NCBI GenBank assembly: GCA_020137815.1
Contig: CM035355.1
Location: 5,642,001-5,706,000 of the forward strand
Length of the DNA stretch: 64,000 nucleotides
Reading direction: 5' to 3'
From: Hormiphora californensis
Lineage: Eukaryota > Animalia > Ctenophora
How positions within the stretch are numbered: the stretch's first letter is position 1; each line of letters starts with the position of its first letter. Shown piece after piece: positions 61,001 through 64,000 of this stretch. The notes under the pieces were generated by a model. That model did no database searches and was not told the DNA's origin. It saw only the letters and a program-made list of their open reading frames with translations. Position numbers and translations under genes: made by a program.

Positions 61001-62405
61001 GTAACCGTGGTCTCACACTCAAAAGTACCACTGTTGTTCCTGTGTTGAGGGATGTTGGGGGAGGGATGTTGATACGGTGATCACATAATCGCAAAGTTAT
61101 TGGCCAATTATACACTTACACGAAAGTACCAGTAGTTCCGGAAATGAGTGTGTTATTATTGTAGAAAAGGCAGTCACTGGTTGTGTTACCAGGTGATTCC
61201 TCACTTGAAACTGAGCATGTCAGAGTGACTGTGTCTCCCTCGAATGCTGCCGTATTCGCAGTCGACAAGTCGATAGCTGGGAGAGATACGAGATGATAAG
61301 ACACTAATTACGGTGACTTGTCCACATACAAATAGTCATTCTAAAATCTAAACTGTTTTCGACATACGCTTTTGTACGAGCTAAAGAGGGTTGAACAAAA
61401 AACTACTAAACTCACATCTACAGGATCGGCCCGTTTCGTAGTTGGTTGTATCGCAGGTGAAGGAGGTAGAGGAGCTTCCCTCGTAGAGGTAGTTGGTGGA
61501 ACAATACTGGGTTATTGAGGTTCCATCCTCAACATTGACATCGGCAGCCGGACTAGAGGAGCCAGCGTTACCATACAGATACACCGTACACACAGCTGAT
61601 GGGAGGAAGGTCATGAGATATTCAGGGGCATGATGGGCAGATCTCGAGCTGTCACTGCAATACAATTTACAGCAGAATGCACGTGATCAAGGAGCAGTCT
61701 CGGAATTGATGGGATGGGATGAATAATCATGGATTACACATACCAACACAGTCCGTTGAGTTGTCGGTTCCAGTTGAAATTGTAGAAGTACCGGAGGGGC
61801 AATCACTGCAACTGGATTCACCGGAACTCTCCGTGTAGGTGCCAATAGCACAATCATAGCAATCATCACTGCCCATATAGGTTCCCGCCACACACGTTGC
61901 TGCAAGGAACGGTTGGTAATGAAATTCATCCAATAATACCGGTACTATAATTCGTTAATTAATTAATTAATTAATGTGATATGGTTATACAGACAATTAG
62001 TGCTCATTTGAATTTTCAACAGCTAACTTACTGCATGACCCGTCAACCTCTATCTGGTCATCAGCACAGTCTACCGAGGAATCAGAGCCTCCAGAGTCCC
62101 CGTCCAGAGCTGGGAATTATTATTATTACTGGGAATTCCAGAGCTGGGAAAAGGTGAATTTACAAAGATTGTAACAGTAGACCGTGATATTTTATAGTAG
62201 CAAATGTATGTCCAATCAAAACAGGAAACCTGATTTATCGGGAGAATAAACTTCCCCCGATTATATATACTGCAGGCAGCCCGATTTACCGGACAAAACC
62301 CTTTTCCCCGAGCATCCCGGTAAATCGGGGTCCCACAGTATTGCTAAACTTACAAAAGGTACTGATGCCAGTGATCAGAAAAGAAAAGATTACAAATGCC
62401 CTCAT
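17990..62405 (-). CDS. Giant type I transmembrane Ig-superfamily glycoprotein (about 55 Ig-like domains, sushi-like and ephrin-receptor-like Cys-rich modules, furin-type site); on the order of 90 exons, about 6,000 aa (estimates)
   Basis: Exon 1 62354-62405 encodes signal peptide MRAFVIFSFLITGISTF. It is followed by a run of mostly phase-1 exons with Ig motifs (xLTC...W...DxGxYxC). TM exon 18623-18776, cytoplasmic exons 18207-18280 and 17990-18063 ending ..ELTTISN-TAA. Two exons (44361-44673, 19053-19213) need single-base corrections to stay in frame. I did not phase-check every internal exon. Confidence 0.85.
18319..18487. mobile_element. Tc1/mariner (pogo-like) MITE, CAGTCGGACCCCGATTTA family
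   Basis: TA TSD, perfect TIR, internal CCCCGATTTAGTGGC repeats. Confidence 0.9.
18623..18776 (-). CDS. Transmembrane exon of the giant Ig gene
   Basis: LISGLVVVMVALIALGTAYICY followed by basic stop-transfer KKNR; flanked by ..catag and gtaagt. Confidence 0.9.
21410..21730. repeat. About 40-bp tandem repeat containing a splice acceptor (ACCGCTGAAAACAGGGAGTTAGATG)
   Basis: Six related copies starting at the exon boundary 21418. Confidence 0.9.
23121..23211. mobile_element. Short hairpin MITE (TA/TATA flanks); further hairpins at about 23235-23300 and 23347-23414
   Basis: CAGAGTTTTTGTTATTCTCTCTGTGGCTGAACAAATGAAT and its reverse complement around a short loop. Confidence 0.75.
23813..24961 (-). 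CDS. Second copy of head module (2-Cys linker, ephrin-receptor-like domain, sushi-like domain)
   Basis: Exons 24875-24961, 24540-24695 (CTPGSY..CVSCQQGTYQ..GQTSCNSCPSGTST..DSC), 23813-23983 (VCMV..GSSSPPA..ITVTCQNGYTLDG). Confidence 0.85.
24126..24581. repeat. Compound tandem repeat of an exon tail and splice donor
   Basis: ACTCACCCTG recurs about nine times; a 40-nt exon tail is copied three extra times. Confidence 0.92.
25143..25449 (-). CDS. Ig gene exon containing predicted furin-type cleavage site KRKR (25159-25170)
   Basis: Translation ..DFSALCSSKRKRSAEGI; basic tetrad in an otherwise acidic ectodomain; phase-1 join to exon 24875-24961. Confidence 0.8.
25468..26213. repeat. 35-bp intronic minisatellite (about 21 copies)
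   Basis: Unit GACGAGATCAGTC(G/T)TGTGTTAGGGCGATCAGTTAG, no spacers. Confidence 0.97.
28261..28359. mobile_element. MITE, CAGTCGGACCCCGATTTA family (degenerate relatives near 47483-47554 and 62270-62338)
   Basis: TA TSD, TIR CAGTCGGACCCCGATTTACCGG. Confidence 0.9.
28757..29481 (+). mobile_element. 725-bp MITE, TA TSD, TIR GGGTAGAAAGGGGTAAAATGGCACAC (copy 1)
   Basis: Perfect TIRs, many internal GGGGTAAAATGG motifs; near-identical inverted copy at 38477-39201. Confidence 0.93.
29753..30066. repeat. 18-bp G-rich minisatellite
   Basis: Unit about GCCGGGTGGATGCTGGGG. Confidence 0.93.
37310..38210. mobile_element. Nested 901-bp TIR element with 8-bp TSD (hAT-like or unclassified)
   Basis: TSD TTTCGATC at 37302-37309 and 38211-38218; TIR CCCAGTGCCCCGAT; internal ATTGCTTCC motifs. 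Confidence 0.85.
38477..39201 (-). mobile_element. 725-bp MITE (copy 2), nested in the 37002-40000 element
   Basis: Reverse complement of 28757-29481; TA flanks. Confidence 0.93.
42063..42206. mobile_element. 144-bp hairpin MITE with the same Academ-like TIR as 12994-16053
   Basis: TAGTGGAAGCTCTTACGGTATTCCCACG...CGTGGGAATACCGTAAGAGCTTCCACTA; 3-bp TSD TTT; empty site visible in paralogous introns. Confidence 0.92.
46991..47118. repeat. 19-bp tandem repeat
   Basis: AAGAGACTCGAGTCTGAAC units. Confidence 0.9.
48856..49155. repeat. 11-bp purine-rich tandem repeat
   Basis: GAGGGAGATTA units. Confidence 0.95.
49919..50442. repeat. Intron made almost wholly of a 48-bp acceptor-containing repeat and a 27-bp donor-containing repeat
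   Basis: TGATATCTGAGGAGAG.. x5 (49919-50142); CACTTACTTGGTGATCACCGATAGATT x about 9 (50180-50442). Confidence 0.93.
53393..53502. mobile_element. 110-bp hAT-type MITE
   Basis: 8-bp TSD GTTATCAC; TIR CA(A/G)GAACCGACCGAA. Confidence 0.9.
53855..53963. mobile_element. 109-bp hAT-type MITE (same family)
   Basis: 8-bp TSD ATATGGAG; TIR CAGGAACCGACCGAA. Confidence 0.92.
55375..55585. repeat. 29-bp minisatellite
   Basis: GAGCTGTGATTGGT(C/T)GAAACAGGTATAAC x7. Confidence 0.93.
56899..58366. mobile_element. 1.47-kb fully palindromic DNA transposon, CACGGTG..CACCGTG ends, 4-bp TSD (Chapaev-like)
   Basis: TGCT at 56895-56898 and 58367-58370; arms of about 715 bp are reverse complements around a loop at about 57614-57651; the empty site TCATTGCTATACATACTTGATAG is preserved in a neighbouring duplicate at 58416-58438. 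Confidence 0.9.
61416..62405 (-). CDS. Ig gene N-terminal head: signal peptide, 2-Cys linker, ephrin-receptor-like (GCC2/GCC3-type) Cys-rich domain, sushi-like domain
   Basis: Exons 62354-62405, 62032-62109, 61744-61899 (CVAGTY..CYDCAIGTY..GESSCSDCPSGTST..DC), 61416-61595 (VCTV..GSSSPAA..ITQYC..YLYEG..FTC..SC). Confidence 0.85.
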
Positions 62406-62834
62406 CCGGCACGATCAATATATCAAATATGAATAAAAGTGTGTTTTATCGTGAAGCAAACAGATTTGAATCGTGAAATAGATTCAATGCAGTATACTCG
62501 TAGCATCAGATGCTATAAAGGCCACGTGACTGTGAGCTTGTTAGATGCACGGGGAGGGGGAATCAAGAGTAACATGCACTGTTCGTGAACTTGCTTTGAA
62601 GTTTCCTTCATCTCACACTTCACAGTCGACGCTCAGCCCTCTCTTTCTCCCTCTCTTTCTTTAAATCGTTTTTTTCTCACAGTGGGAGAACCTCCGATGC
62701 AGGTGGCGATGCATGGAATCTGGAGCTTCATATTTAACAAATGGTCATCACATGGCCACATGCTCCTTTATCAAAGTACTCCAGCATCCATGGTTCCGGT
62801 ATCGGTACTGAAACTAGTGCATGCTGAAACTTAA

Positions 62835-64000
62835 CCCTTTGAGGGCGATAGGTCATATATGACACGGTCCATTCTAGACCGTCTGGAAGGCGCTACATGA
62901 TGTCTAGGTGGCTAATTTTTTGTCACAGGCTAGTTTTAGGGATTTTGAACCCAAAACCACGTCCAAATCTGCTAGGAAAATCGAAGAAATCTTTTTATGG
63001 CCCTTCTCGGGAGGCTAATTTAGGCCTTTTTTTAAAAACCCCTCTCAAATTTTTGTTTTTGAGGGGCACAAATAATCCTTTGAAGGGATAAAACTACTTG
63101 ACATAACAAATCGAATGCAAAAAACCGCATCAAAAAATATTGAAAATTGAATGAGTTATTAACGTTTTAGTCGTTGTATCATATATGACTCTATCGTCCG
63201 TAAGGGAATTCTAGTAACAAATGTCATTTGTGCAAAAGTATGGGTCCAATAGTCAAATTTTATGCTTTGAGGCAGTCTATAGCTATAATTTCTACAATCT
63301 GGAACGGTTTTTACTAGAAAAATACCCCAAATTCTACATTTTGTATCATATATGACTCTATCGTCCCAATTGGTAAATTCTCCAAAAACATCCATAACTC
63401 GGGCTAGAAAAGGAGCTAAGAGTCAAATCAGGGCACTAAACTGTGTAGAATCATCGCATTAGTGGGGGTAGAGCACATATTTAGGTCGCTATTTTGCCCC
63501 CTAATTGAGATAATTGGATAATTAGCCAATTATGTGTCCCGCGCATGCTAATAAATGAAACTTTGCTTTGAGAAGGAGTTATGAGGCAAATGGGGGCACT
63601 AAAATGTGTAGAATCATCACATTAGTGGGGTTAGAGCACATATTTAGGTCTCTATCTGGACCCCTAATTGAGATAATTGGATAATTAGCTAATTAGTTGC
63701 CTTCCAGCGCTAAAAAATTAAATTTGGCGGAGTATACAAGACAAATGGGGGCACTAAAATGTGTAAAATCGTCGCCTTAGTGGGGGCAGAGCACATAGCT
63801 GAGTTTCTATTTCCGCTCCTAATTGAGATAATTGGATAATTAGCTAATTGACGGTTGCATAATGCCCCCTTTTCACCATATACCGTGGTTTCTGGCTAAT
63901 CCTGAGCTCTTTTGTTCAATCTAAGGATCTTTTGGCATCCCTTTACCCAATTTGTATCACCTTTGACTCGTTTTACACACTAATATAGCACTCTATACAA
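62835..64000. mobile_element. Probable piggyBac-type non-autonomous element; right boundary not determined
   Basis: TTAA|CCCTTTGAGGGCGATAGGTCATATATGAC; inverted related motifs at about 63175-63207 and 63343-63377; three diverged ~160-bp repeats at about 63430-63850. Confidence 0.6.

Overview
Intron-rich eukaryotic (animal) genomic DNA. It is probably a ctenophore such as Pleurobrachia; this is an inference from my recognition of its short MITE families, not a database result. Two large minus-strand genes dominate. (1) The 5' half of a smooth/non-muscle-type myosin II heavy chain gene (ATG 12550, at least 13 exons down to 3523, continuing past the left edge). (2) A complete 44-kb gene (ATG 62405, stop 17990) for a giant type I membrane protein of roughly 6,000 aa (my estimate). 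It has a signal peptide, ephrin-receptor-like Cys-rich and sushi-like modules, about 55 acidic Ser/Thr-rich Ig-like domains (including a young 4 x 5-exon tandem array), a KRKR furin-type site, a second copy of the N-terminal head module, a TM helix and a short tail. Between the genes lie a 3-kb Academ-like TIR element carrying five decayed, intron-separated exons of a multi-PDZ host gene (Pack-type capture), a small candidate ORF and a truncated L2/CR1-type LINE. Introns hold many non-autonomous DNA transposons, including two 1.3-1.5 kb near-perfect palindromes and a triple nest. More than a dozen exon-intron junctions are tandemly re-copied into the adjacent intron.
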